Assembly: GCA_036840065.1 (NCBI GenBank)
Contig: DAITZZ010000008.1
Span: 5,845-66,094 of the forward strand
DNA length: 60,250 nucleotides
Source: a bacterium
Lineage (GTDB): Bacteria > Bacteroidota > Ignavibacteria > Kapaibacteriales > Kapaibacteriaceae
Direction of reading: 5' to 3'
In this document: positions 1-8,787 of the stretch, piece by piece
Position numbering within the stretch: the stretch's first letter is position 1
Layout of the letters: the number at the start of each line of letters is the position of its first letter
Made by a program: the position numbers and the translations under genes
Notes under the pieces: generated by a model
Database searches by the model: none
What the model saw: the letters and a program-made list of their open reading frames with translations, nothing else
What the model was told of the DNA's origin: nothing

Positions 1-32
1 ATTACGGGATTACGGGATTACGGGATTACGGA
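1..32. repeat. 8-bp tandem repeat (ATTACGGG)x3 + ATTACGGA, overlapping the xseB 3' end; may continue beyond the window edge
   Basis: Read directly: attacggg attacggg attacggg attacgga. The xseB stop (TAA on minus, 18-20) lies inside the array. Confidence 0.9.
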
Positions 33-236
33 ATTTTCACCGCTGAGGGTTTGCACCTTTAGCTCTGCTTGTTCCAGGAAGGCGCGGCAACCGGCGGCCA
101 GGGCCATACCTTCTTCGAACAGCTGCAGTTGCTGATCGATCGGTGCATCACCGCGATCAAGAAGAGTGGCGATTTCCTCGAGTCGTTTGAGCTGTTCTTC
201 CAGGCTCTTTGGAGCCTCATCCTTTGTCTTAGCCAT
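18..236 (-). CDS. xseB: Exodeoxyribonuclease VII small subunit
   Basis: 72 aa, SLEEQLKRLEEIATLLDRGDAPIDQQLQLFEEGMALAAGCRAFLEQAELKV pattern; directly downstream of xseA. Confidence 0.93.
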   Translation of the reverse strand: MAKTKDEAPKSLEEQLKRLEEIATLLDRGDAPIDQQLQLFEEGMALAAGCRAFLEQAELKVQTLSGENSVIP

Positions 237-1449
237 TGGACGTACCTTTCATTGATTCGATGTTGGCAATCGCGTCGACGGTGGCCTGCACGACGTCATG
301 CTGACGTCGGATGTCGATCTTGTCGCCGGGCAGAAGAGCGACAGCGGCATTCAGAACTTGTCCGTCTCGTTCGATGACGGCATAGCCCCTTTGCAATGGG
401 GCCAGCGGGTGCAGACTCGTAAGGAGCGCAGCAGCGTGATCGATGCGTGTGCGCTCACGCTGGATGCGATTCGTGGCACTGCGTGCCAGCCGGGTCGACA
501 GATCGTCCACGCGCTGTGCGCGCATCAGGATGCGCTCGGTGATCCTGCGTGCAGCGCGTCCGTCCACGAACGCCGTGGCCAGCTGCTGCATGTCGGAGAT
601 GTTTCGACGAACATCGTCGGTCATCTCGCGGGTAAGGGCATCGAGAGCCATCAACAGGTCCTGACGTGTGACGGGCGTCACCATCTCGGCCGCTGCCGTT
701 GGCGTGGCGGCCCGCACGTCGGCCACCCAGTCGGAGATCGTTACATCCGTCTCGTGTCCAACGGCCGAGATCACCGGAGTACTGCTCGAACGGATGGCAT
801 CGGCCACCACCTGCGAGTTAAAGCACCAGAGGTCTTCGAGTGATCCGCCGCCGCGGCCCACAATGATCACATCGACATCGCAGCGATTGAGCTGCTCGAT
901 CGCCGCTGCGATGTCACGGGAAGCCTGCTCGCCCCCTTGGACGATCGTCGGCCGGAACACCACTTCGAGCGACGGGAAGCGCCGCTCGATCGTTGTGAGC
1001 ATGTCACGAATGACGGCTCCGGTGGGAGAGGTTGCAATGCCGACGCGTCGGATAGGTCGTGGCAGGGGGCGTTTGCGCCCCGGATCGAAATAGCCCTGCG
1101 CACCGAGGCGCTGCTTGAGTTCTTCAAACGCTCGGTGAAGGTCACCGATGCCCTCAGGACGCATGGCCATGCAGTCGATCTGGTACTTGCCCTGGGCGTT
1201 GTACACCGTCAGCCTGCCACGCACGACAACGCGCATGCCGTCCTGCGGGACAAAGTTCAGCGGACGCGTACGCCACATGACGCCGGAGATGGCCGCCTCG
1301 GCATCCTTGAGCGTGAAGTAGCGATGACCCGAACTGTGGAGTTTGTAGTTTGAGATCTCGCCCACGACCAGGACCTCGCCGATCCCGTTTTCGAGAAGGC
1401 GCTTGATCTCGCCGGTCAGAAGCGATACGCTGATTGCCTGTTCCGCCAT
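229..1449 (-). CDS. xseA: Exodeoxyribonuclease VII large subunit
   Basis: GEISNYKLHSSGHRYFTLKD, IIVGRGGGSLEDLWCFN, SAVGHETD, RAATPTAAAE motifs. Start moved to ATG 1449 (MAEQAISVS) because the longer ORF overlaps ispF. Confidence 0.95.
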   Translation of the reverse strand: MAEQAISVSLLTGEIKRLLENGIGEVLVVGEISNYKLHSSGHRYFTLKDAEAAISGVMWRTRPLNFVPQDGMRVVVRGRLTVYNAQGKYQIDCMAMRPEGIGDLHRAFEELKQRLGAQGYFDPGRKRPLPRPIRRVGIATSPTGAVIRDMLTTIERRFPSLEVVFRPTIVQGGEQASRDIAAAIEQLNRCDVDVIIVGRGGGSLEDLWCFNSQVVADAIRSSSTPVISAVGHETDVTISDWVADVRAATPTAAAEMVTPVTRQDLLMALDALTREMTDDVRRNISDMQQLATAFVDGRAARRITERILMRAQRVDDLSTRLARSATNRIQRERTRIDHAAALLTSLHPLAPLQRGYAVIERDGQVLNAAVALLPGDKIDIRRQHDVVQATVDAIANIESMKGTSNG

Positions 1450-1481
1450 AGGGGACAAAGATCGACATTCCATGCACACCG

Positions 1482-1489
1482 TAGATTTG
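1482..1489 (+). promoter_or_regulatory. Bacteroidota-type -7 promoter element TAGATTTG upstream of ispF
   Basis: Exact TAnnTTTG, ending 4 nt before the ispF ATG. Confidence 0.7.
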
Positions 1490-1493
1490 CACC

Positions 1494-1964
1494 ATGGTAG
1501 GATTCGGATTCGACGTACACCGGCTTGAAGAAGGCCGAAGGCTGGTGCTCGGCGGGGTGGAGATCCCCTCGCCCCATGGCACTGTAGCTCACAGCGATGG
1601 TGATGTGGTTCTGCACGCACTTGTCGATGCCCTTCTCGGCGCACTTGCACTGGGGGATATCGGGGAGCATTTCCCGGATACCGATCCCCGCTGGAAAGAT
1701 GCCGCCAGTTCGCGCTTTGTGGAGCATGCTGTGCAGCTCGTCAAACAACACGGGTGCGAGATTGTTAATGTCGATTGCGCGCTGGTTCTCGAATCGCCGA
1801 AGATCCTGCCTTACAAACAGGCCATGCGCGAACGCATTGCCGAGATGTGCGGCATTGCTCTGAACCGTGTATCGGTGAAGGCCACCACGAGCGAGCGAAT
1901 GGGATACGTCGGACGTCGTGAAGGCGTCCACGCCTTTGTGATCTGTGAAGTCCGGGAGGCATGA
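1494..1964 (+). CDS. ispF: 2-C-methyl-D-erythritol 2,4-cyclodiphosphate synthase
   Basis: GFGFDVHRL, HSDGDVVLHALVDALLGA, SVKATTSERMG motifs. Confidence 0.96.
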   Translation: MVGFGFDVHRLEEGRRLVLGGVEIPSPHGTVAHSDGDVVLHALVDALLGALALGDIGEHFPDTDPRWKDAASSRFVEHAVQLVKQHGCEIVNVDCALVLESPKILPYKQAMRERIAEMCGIALNRVSVKATTSERMGYVGRREGVHAFVICEVREA

Positions 1965-4264
1965 ACCTACTCGTCGTGATCGCCGCGCTTGTCCTGCAAA
2001 CAGTTGCAGCATGGGCCGATGCCGGTGAGCCCCTTCGACTCGTCATTGAGCGCTCGTTCAATGGTCGTCTGATCACATCCAACGGTGATACCCTGCGCTC
2101 CATGGTGGTGTATCAGCGTCCCGCCTGGGACCGCACGACAACGACGCTGGCCGTGTATGACCAGCAGGCGCCGAGTCCGGAGTTCGCCGATCGTGTGCCG
2201 CAGCTCGAAGTTGTGGACGCAGCGCGGTGGCGCTCCGGATTACTGATCCTGCATCGTGCCGAAGGTCGACTTGGCCTGCGGTGGTTTTCCGACTCTGATA
2301 GAAGCCGGCACATGGCGGATGCTATCGTGCCGGCGTCCGCATCCGACAGCACACGCCGCAGGGATCGACTCCATGTGGCTGAGCGTCTGATGATCGGACC
2401 AGACGGCCAGACGGCCATGATCAATGCTCATGGCACGCTGCTGTCGGTGGAGCTCGCGGGAAATGTCCTGTCACTTCGGCCGATCGAAACCGGTGTGCTG
2501 GCCTCGGGGTATGTGTCGCTTGCGAAGGGACCGGGATTCGTGATGGTCTATCGTAGCGGTCCGTCGGCCTTCCTTGCTCTTCTGGATTCGTCGATGAGGG
2601 TGATCTCGTCCGTGCTTGTGCCGCTGTCGGATGTTGTGCGCTTCGAGCAGGTCGGCTCTTCCGTACTTCTGTACTCGTCACTTGAGGGGGCTAATGGCTG
2701 TGTTGTGACCATGCTCGACCTTGAGACACGGTCGATGACCACGCGCTCGGTGCCGGTCGATGCATCGCGCGTTACGGGGCTGATGACCGATGGCGTGCGA
2801 TCGCTCGCGCTTCTGACCACGCGATCGGGTCGAGCAGAAGTTGTTGTGGTTCCCTTGTCACAGTCGTTGGACGAGCTGCCGGCAGGAACGGTCATTCCGG
2901 GTGAGTATGGATCGCCACGTCTTGTTCGGGCCTTTGGCGATACGGTGATGGCCGTCTTTACCGGTGGTGTGGCCATCGTAACAGGGGATGGAGATATCCT
3001 TGCAAGGGATGCGATCGAGCTACCGGTGTCGGATCTGGCGGAGGTGGTGCGCCTTGAGCGTGGTTATGAGATCAGCTCGCCTTCGTACTCGGTGCGCATC
3101 ATTGAGCATCCGCAGCGACTCTGGTTTGTGGCCCGCTCCTGGGAGTGGCTGCTGCGGTACGTGATACCGATGCTGTTTTTGTCGACCCTCGGAGTTCTGT
3201 ACTTCGTTTACCGCCGTCAGAAACGGTTCCTCGATGCGATGATCGATGCTCCCGGGTCAGGAGCGATTCTCTTCATCGACGTCAATGGCCGGCTCCTGCG
3301 CACCAACGAACGTGCAGCCGCATTGCTGCGAATCACGCAGGACGTTCCGATGGGGCGCATGTACTCGACATACATGAATCAGCCGGGTCTGGCACAGCTG
3401 TCGTCGTTTATTGATCGTGTCCGGCTTTCGCGGGACTCGCATTCTGAGCGGATAAGCACTCTTGTCGATGACGAGCTGCGCGAACTGATCATGACCTCTA
3501 CGCCGATCGTTGGAACCCTTGGCTCGTCGCGCGGACTGCTCTTTGCAGGAGTCGATATTACCGAGACGCTCGAACAGCGAAGACTGACAAACTGGGCCCA
3601 GCTGGCGCATGACATGCAGACCAATCTGTCGACCATTCGACTCAATGCCGAACAGATCCACGGAGATGTTCAACGGGGCGATGATGAACGTCGCCGCCGG
3701 ATCCTATTCCAGGTCGGAGTGCTGATCGACCGTGTGCGCGACCTTTTGGGAGTTGCGCGTTCGGAGGTCTTCCAGCGCACAGTGGTGCACAGTGCCGAGC
3801 TCTGTACGGAAGTCCGTCATGAGTTCGATGCAGCGATGTTTCCGCATGTGACGTTTTCAATGAAGCTACGCGGAACGCTGATGCTGGCCGATCGATTGAA
3901 GCTCACACGGGCCGTCCGCAACGCTGTCGAGAATGCCATAAAGGCGCTGCGTAATCAACAGGGAACGGTGGAGATCTCCACGTGGTTTGATCACTCGAAC
4001 GTTTTCATTTCGGTGAGTGACACCGGCGTGGGGATGGACCCGGAGACCATGGCCAATATGATGAAGCCCTACTTCAGCTCGTCCACCGATGGCACAGGGC
4101 ACGGCATTGGAACGATGATCATGCATCACGTTACGAAGTTGCATGGTGGCCGCATCCGCGTTACCAGCGAGCCTGGCAAGGGTACACAGATCGTGTTCCG
4201 TATTCCGCATGGAATGGAACCCAAGGAGAAGATCCGCGCATCAACGGCCGAGCGCGTATCATGA
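1961..4264 (+). CDS. Membrane sensor histidine kinase (large extracytoplasmic domain, TM, PAS-like, DHp, HATPase)
   Basis: Signal peptide; TM YVIPMLFLSTLGVLYFVY; H-box WAQLAHDMQTNL; N-box NAVENAIKA; G1 SDTGVGM; G2 GHGIG. Confidence 0.88.
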   Translation: MNLLVVIAALVLQTVAAWADAGEPLRLVIERSFNGRLITSNGDTLRSMVVYQRPAWDRTTTTLAVYDQQAPSPEFADRVPQLEVVDAARWRSGLLILHRAEGRLGLRWFSDSDRSRHMADAIVPASASDSTRRRDRLHVAERLMIGPDGQTAMINAHGTLLSVELAGNVLSLRPIETGVLASGYVSLAKGPGFVMVYRSGPSAFLALLDSSMRVISSVLVPLSDVVRFEQVGSSVLLYSSLEGANGCVVTMLDLETRSMTTRSVPVDASRVTGLMTDGVRSLALLTTRSGRAEVVVVPLSQSLDELPAGTVIPGEYGSPRLVRAFGDTVMAVFTGGVAIVTGDGDILARDAIELPVSDLAEVVRLERGYEISSPSYSVRIIEHPQRLWFVARSWEWLLRYVIPMLFLSTLGVLYFVYRRQKRFLDAMIDAPGSGAILFIDVNGRLLRTNERAAALLRITQDVPMGRMYSTYMNQPGLAQLSSFIDRVRLSRDSHSERISTLVDDELRELIMTSTPIVGTLGSSRGLLFAGVDITETLEQRRLTNWAQLAHDMQTNLSTIRLNAEQIHGDVQRGDDERRRRILFQVGVLIDRVRDLLGVARSEVFQRTVVHSAELCTEVRHEFDAAMFPHVTFSMKLRGTLMLADRLKLTRAVRNAVENAIKALRNQQGTVEISTWFDHSNVFISVSDTGVGMDPETMANMMKPYFSSSTDGTGHGIGTMIMHHVTKLHGGRIRVTSEPGKGTQIVFRIPHGMEPKEKIRASTAERVS

Positions 4265-4728
4265 CGCGTCAGACACTCGAGTCGCTTCGAGGACGGCGCC
4301 TTATGGCGCTCGATTATGGCATGCGCCGAATCGGTGTGGCGGTCTGCGACGAGTTGCACATTCTGGTTTCGACGCGTCCTGTGATCGACAACACGGCGTC
4401 GGTACTGGAGGATCTTCGCCGGGTGCTTGAGCGCGAGCGCACTGAGGTGCTCCTGGTGGGCGTGCCACGTCTCCACGACGAGCGCACCACGCCGATCATC
4501 CAAGAGATCGAAAAGTTCATCGTCAGCATCAGGGCCGCCTTGTCGATCCCGGTTCATGAGATCGACGAGGCCTTTTCGACAAAGGAGGCTCGCCGCGTCA
4601 TGATACAGTCGGGGATGAAACAGAAGCGACGCCAGACCAAGGGCGTCAAAGACCAGGTTGCCGCCGCCGTGATGCTCGAGTCGGTTCTGGAGGAAGTGCG
4701 ATCGCTCGGTCCGGGAGGTGTCATATGA
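4261..4728 (+). CDS. ruvX: YqgF/RuvX family RNase H-fold nuclease (pre-16S rRNA maturation / Holliday junction resolvase-like)
   Basis: ALDYGMRRIGVA, DEAFSTKEA, DQVAAAVML motifs; 155 aa. Confidence 0.92.
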   Translation: MTRQTLESLRGRRLMALDYGMRRIGVAVCDELHILVSTRPVIDNTASVLEDLRRVLERERTEVLLVGVPRLHDERTTPIIQEIEKFIVSIRAALSIPVHEIDEAFSTKEARRVMIQSGMKQKRRQTKGVKDQVAAAVMLESVLEEVRSLGPGGVI

Positions 4729-6095
4729 TCCGTTGCCGACATTGGCTGCTGCCGATATTCGTTCTTTGCACCCTGAGTACTGAGCCTCTTTCGGCACAGC
4801 GCCCAAACCGGGTGCAGCGTGCTAATATGGGAGAGTACGGAGACAGACTCTATGCCGATGCCATGATCGTTCCGCGTCTGAGTGGAGATTCGGCGGACCT
4901 GTTCGTCAGCTTCCGCGTAGCACACGATGCGCTCACCTTCACGCGGGTGACGGACATGAACAACAACGCCGGAAACTTCGCCGCCGAGTTCACACTCAGT
5001 GTGGAGGTCCGTGATTCGATCGGTATCATCCGCTCTCGCGTGCGGTTCAAGGACACGGCATACGTCAACTCCTATGATGCGTCGATCGACCGCAGTGCGA
5101 TGCACCACGGAAGCTGCCGCATCGGCATTGCACCGGGCACCTATAAGGTCGTGCTCGAAACTCTCGGTCAGCGCGAGTCCACCAAACGCACGGTCACGCT
5201 TTCGCAGCTTTCGTTCTCGCCATCAGCCAAGGGGCTGATCATTCCGGGATACATTGGCTCTGAGCGCCGGGATGGTTCGATGTGGACCATCGAATCACTC
5301 GTGTTCAATCGCAACGTGCCGTTCGGGGCCCGGCCATGCGTGGCGCTGTTTGTTACGCGTGACATGGCCTCTGCTACGTATGACTACGCGATCCGCCAGT
5401 TGCCGTATGGTCCGAAGGACATCCGCTGGTGGGTCGAGGCCGACTACACCGGCACCGTGCGCTCGCGTTCGGATCTTCTACTCGAGGGGCAGTTTGAGAC
5501 CAACCGCGCAGCACGGGTGGTGCTTGCCGAACAATCATCAAGAAGATATTCTACCATTGTCGTCCCCGTCGATGCGCCGCAACTTGTTCCGGGAAGCTAC
5601 GTGGTAAGGCTCGTGCGCCGGGGCAGTACCGACACGGTAGAGCTGCCCTTTCAAGTGCAGTGGGAGACCATGCCGCAGTCGCTGCGAACACTCTCTTACG
5701 CGCTCGAGTCGCTGGTCTACATCTGCCCTGAAGATCAGCTTGACTCGCTCGGCGATGGCTCGGATGCCGAGAACCGAGAGCGCTTGATGTCGTGGTGGCG
5801 ACGCAGCGATCCTACGCCCGAGACTGCCTATAATGAACGTCTGGCCGAGTACTATATGCGCGTCGATCATGCGGCTGTGGCCTTTAGCTCTGTCAATGAA
5901 CCTGACGGAACATTCACCGATCGCGGCAAGGTCTTCATTCTCTTCGGCCGTCCAACGAAGATCGAGAAGAAGCTCGCACGAGGGGGCTCATCGGTCGAAC
6001 TCTGGATCTACCGCAGTGGTGTTCGCAAAACGTTTGAGTTCGCCGTCAACGATGATGGTGTGTACAAGCTCAAGTCTTCTACTGACACCCGCTAA
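4725..6095 (+). CDS. GWxTD-domain secreted protein
   Basis: Signal peptide; C-terminal WWRRSDPTPETAYNE..EYYMRV..GTFTDRGKVFILFGRP..ELWIY block. Confidence 0.82.
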   Translation: MIRCRHWLLPIFVLCTLSTEPLSAQRPNRVQRANMGEYGDRLYADAMIVPRLSGDSADLFVSFRVAHDALTFTRVTDMNNNAGNFAAEFTLSVEVRDSIGIIRSRVRFKDTAYVNSYDASIDRSAMHHGSCRIGIAPGTYKVVLETLGQRESTKRTVTLSQLSFSPSAKGLIIPGYIGSERRDGSMWTIESLVFNRNVPFGARPCVALFVTRDMASATYDYAIRQLPYGPKDIRWWVEADYTGTVRSRSDLLLEGQFETNRAARVVLAEQSSRRYSTIVVPVDAPQLVPGSYVVRLVRRGSTDTVELPFQVQWETMPQSLRTLSYALESLVYICPEDQLDSLGDGSDAENRERLMSWWRRSDPTPETAYNERLAEYYMRVDHAAVAFSSVNEPDGTFTDRGKVFILFGRPTKIEKKLARGGSSVELWIYRSGVRKTFEFAVNDDGVYKLKSSTDTR

Positions 6096-6097
6096 GG

Positions 6098-6508
6098 TTA
6101 TGAGCCCTCGATGGGCTCCCAGCCTTCTCCCTCGCAGGGAGGTTCTTCGTTGGTCACATGCACATCCAGGATCGTGCATAGCTGGTTGGTAGGATTGAAA
6201 TGCCGGCACGCACCGCAGAGGGTGCCCACAGTGAGATCCTGTACCTTCTGATGAAACGTCTGGTACTGCAGCCAAGCAGGGTATACACCGAGACCCCAGA
6301 TGCTGAGCATCGCCGTCCACCATACGACAGTTGGCTCTGCAACCTGCGCCAGGGCAATGCAGCCAAGACCCAGCACCACAACGCGAAGCATGGCAGCGGT
6401 GACGATCGATCCCGTTGTGTAGTAGGGCTTGTCTGAGGCATTCTCCGGCTCGCGCATGCGGAGCAGAAAAACATCGATCCAGCGATCGTTCCTGCGCGTG
6501 TCACTCAC
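6098..6508 (-). CDS. Hypothetical membrane protein with two TM helices and a C-terminal Cys-rich motif
   Basis: GTG start overlaps the GT2 stop (GTGA); two hydrophobic segments; CGACRHF...LC...PC..W tail. Confidence 0.7.
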   Translation of the reverse strand: MSDTRRNDRWIDVFLLRMREPENASDKPYYTTGSIVTAAMLRVVVLGLGCIALAQVAEPTVVWWTAMLSIWGLGVYPAWLQYQTFHQKVQDLTVGTLCGACRHFNPTNQLCTILDVHVTNEEPPCEGEGWEPIEGS

Positions 6509-7728
6509 GAATCACCTCCGGTTCTTGCATAACTACGCCCCTTCCACTGAGATCCACGCGACGAGTACGCCCATCGTATGGAGTTGAGTCCGATGTACAC
6601 CGTCCACAGCGCCGTTATCGGCTGCACGGCGGCATGCCAGAATGGCATGCGAAAGCGCACACTGATCATCAGGCGGATCAGCGCGGCACAGAGCAGTGCG
6701 TAGGCCGACATCTGGATGATCGCTGACTGCTGCGCCGCTCCTGTTATGGTAAGCCCCATGATAAGCGTCACGATCGGAGCGGAATAGGTCAGAAGCAGAT
6801 GGCCGAGAAACAAGAGCGTGACCGGGAGGTTGTACTGCGTGGCCGGGAAGAGGTTCTTCGAGAACCCTTCGGTGACCTCTCTTGCGCCGGTGTACATGTG
6901 GCATGTGACGGCATCGGTACCATCGACAAGTGCAATGCGCAGTCCGGCTGATTTGACGGACCGTGCCAGAAACACATCTTCGACAAGTGAGTTCCACACC
7001 GCTGTGTGTCCGCCAATGGCCTCATAGCCGGCGCGTGAAAAGCACATGAACTGTCCGTTGGCAGCCGACAGTGACACACGCGGATTGCTCATGATGAGAC
7101 TGTTCGGCAGATAGGAGAAGTACAGAACGTGAACCATCGGGATCACGACATGTTCGCCAAATGACGAAAGTATCTGGTGCGGCACCATGGAAAACATCGC
7201 CAGATCGCGCTGTCGAAGAAACGCCACCGATCGTGCCAGAGTCGTCGGCTCGTGCCACGTGTCGGCATCAGTGAACAGCAGCACGTCAGCCTGCGTCTGT
7301 TGCGACAGCTGATGGCAGGCCCAGGACTTGCCAACCCATCCCTCGGGCAGGGGGCTGCCATTGATCACGCGAAGGTGCGCAAACTCGCTGGCAAGACGGC
7401 TGAGGATCTCTCCGGTGGCATCACTGGAAGCGTCGTTCAGAACGATCACTTCATAGTTGGCGTACGTCTGCGAGCACACGGAACGGACGCAGCGCTCAAT
7501 GCACCGTTCCTCGTTCCGAGCCGGTATGAGCACCGCCACACGTGGCAGGAGTTCACTGGCCGGCAGTGATGGAAACTTCGGAAGCCGCGCAAAGCGCACC
7601 AGATTGATGATGCTCACGGTCAGCAAAAGGCTCATCGCCGCGGCGTTGACCAGGCAGATCACGAAGAGGGTTGGCGTGAACCACTGCGCAATAGCTGCAG
7701 CGCCTGCGAAAGCTGTTGTGTCCGGCAT
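6505..7728 (-). CDS. Family 2 glycosyltransferase, carotenoid glucosyltransferase-like (CruC/CrtQ type)
   Basis: PARNEE, LNDASSD, GWVGKSWAC, FTDAD, SAANGQF, VEDV motifs; N- and C-terminal TMs; divergent from the crtC-like gene. Confidence 0.8.
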   Translation of the reverse strand: MPDTTAFAGAAAIAQWFTPTLFVICLVNAAAMSLLLTVSIINLVRFARLPKFPSLPASELLPRVAVLIPARNEERCIERCVRSVCSQTYANYEVIVLNDASSDATGEILSRLASEFAHLRVINGSPLPEGWVGKSWACHQLSQQTQADVLLFTDADTWHEPTTLARSVAFLRQRDLAMFSMVPHQILSSFGEHVVIPMVHVLYFSYLPNSLIMSNPRVSLSAANGQFMCFSRAGYEAIGGHTAVWNSLVEDVFLARSVKSAGLRIALVDGTDAVTCHMYTGAREVTEGFSKNLFPATQYNLPVTLLFLGHLLLTYSAPIVTLIMGLTITGAAQQSAIIQMSAYALLCAALIRLMISVRFRMPFWHAAVQPITALWTVYIGLNSIRWAYSSRGSQWKGRSYARTGGDS

Positions 7729-7732
7729 GCTT

Positions 7733-7740
7733 CGAAGCTA
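7733..7740 (-). promoter_or_regulatory. -7-type element TAGCTTCG for the GT2 operon
   Basis: TAnnTTCG variant ending 4 nt before ATG 7728. Confidence 0.55.
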
Positions 7741-7758
7741 CGAACCAGGCCGATTCGG

Positions 7759-7766
7759 TAGCTTTG
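7759..7766 (+). promoter_or_regulatory. -7 element TAGCTTTG for the crtC-like/mutL/cpcT-like operon
   Basis: Exact TAnnTTTG(C), ending 23 nt upstream of ATG 7790. Confidence 0.65.
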
Positions 7767-7789
7767 CGACCGAAACAGCCCCCTTCGCC

Positions 7790-8785
7790 ATGCATATCCT
7801 GTCCGGCCTCTCGAACGATCACGCACACCAGCTCAATGCGCCCGGTGCCTACGAATGGTGGTACGCCGATGCGCTGGATGCAGGGGGCGAGTGGGGCGTG
7901 GTGATGATCCTCTTTCGCGGTATGCCGATGTCTCCGGATTACCTTGCTGAGGCCAGGTCAATGACCGGCGGCTATGCCCTGAGTGTATACTACCGAGGCG
8001 TGCGAATAGCCTTTGCCTTTGGCGGACATCCTCTGCAGGAGTGTCGCTTTGATGTCAGTCAACCCGGTGTTTCAATGCCGTCCGGAGCTCTCGAGTGCGA
8101 CCCTGAAGGGATCAGCATGCATGTTGATGCGCCGTGCGGCACTGACGGTAGGCGTGCACGCGTGAATCTTCGCATGACCAAGGACACGGCGCCGTTGGTT
8201 CCCTCCGAGACCCATACCGAGGGTCATGCCTGGGTGCTGGCCTCTGCGCGCACGAGCGCGCAGGTGTCGATCGAGATCGATGAGGCGCACGGACCGGTGG
8301 TGCGTCATGACTTTGCCGGCATTGCCTATCATGATCATAACATGGGATCACGGGCAATGCCGATGGATTATCATGATTGGTACTGGGGCCGTTGCCACGG
8401 GCGCGATGCGACGTATGTGTTTCTTCTCACCAGGCGATCTGTCGATAACGTTACCTGGTTCGGACGCGTAACAAGCGACGGACGCGTCGAGGAGCTCGAC
8501 GAGGTGAGCATCAAGTTCTCTCGACGGCGCATCTCGATGTTGGGTCTGATCCACCACCGTCGTATCAGGCTCCGTGGGCGCGACCGCAGCGGTCACGTGC
8601 ACGAGGTGATCTGCTCCAACGATACTGTCTGCGAAGACGGACCTTTTTATCAGCGATACATTAGTTCATGGCGTATCAATGGTGACGAGTCAGCGCTTGG
8701 CACGTCCGAGTACATGAACGTTCAGCGCCTGGCGCAGCCGTGGATACGACCCTTCCTTCGACTGCCCTGGATGGTATCTTCGTGA
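7790..8785 (+). CDS. crtC: Carotenoid 1,2-hydratase (CrtC-like)
   Basis: PGAYEWWYADA, YHDHNMG, WYWGR, EDGPFYQRY motifs. Start moved to ATG 7790 because the upstream extension overlaps the GT2 gene. Confidence 0.72.
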   Translation: MHILSGLSNDHAHQLNAPGAYEWWYADALDAGGEWGVVMILFRGMPMSPDYLAEARSMTGGYALSVYYRGVRIAFAFGGHPLQECRFDVSQPGVSMPSGALECDPEGISMHVDAPCGTDGRRARVNLRMTKDTAPLVPSETHTEGHAWVLASARTSAQVSIEIDEAHGPVVRHDFAGIAYHDHNMGSRAMPMDYHDWYWGRCHGRDATYVFLLTRRSVDNVTWFGRVTSDGRVEELDEVSIKFSRRRISMLGLIHHRRIRLRGRDRSGHVHEVICSNDTVCEDGPFYQRYISSWRINGDESALGTSEYMNVQRLAQPWIRPFLRLPWMVSS

Positions 8786-8787
8786 CC

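Noticed and set aside
1-32. Tandem repeats here and at 23007-23054 as CRISPR arrays
   Set aside because: The units are 7-8 bp and directly adjacent, with no spacers and no cas genes
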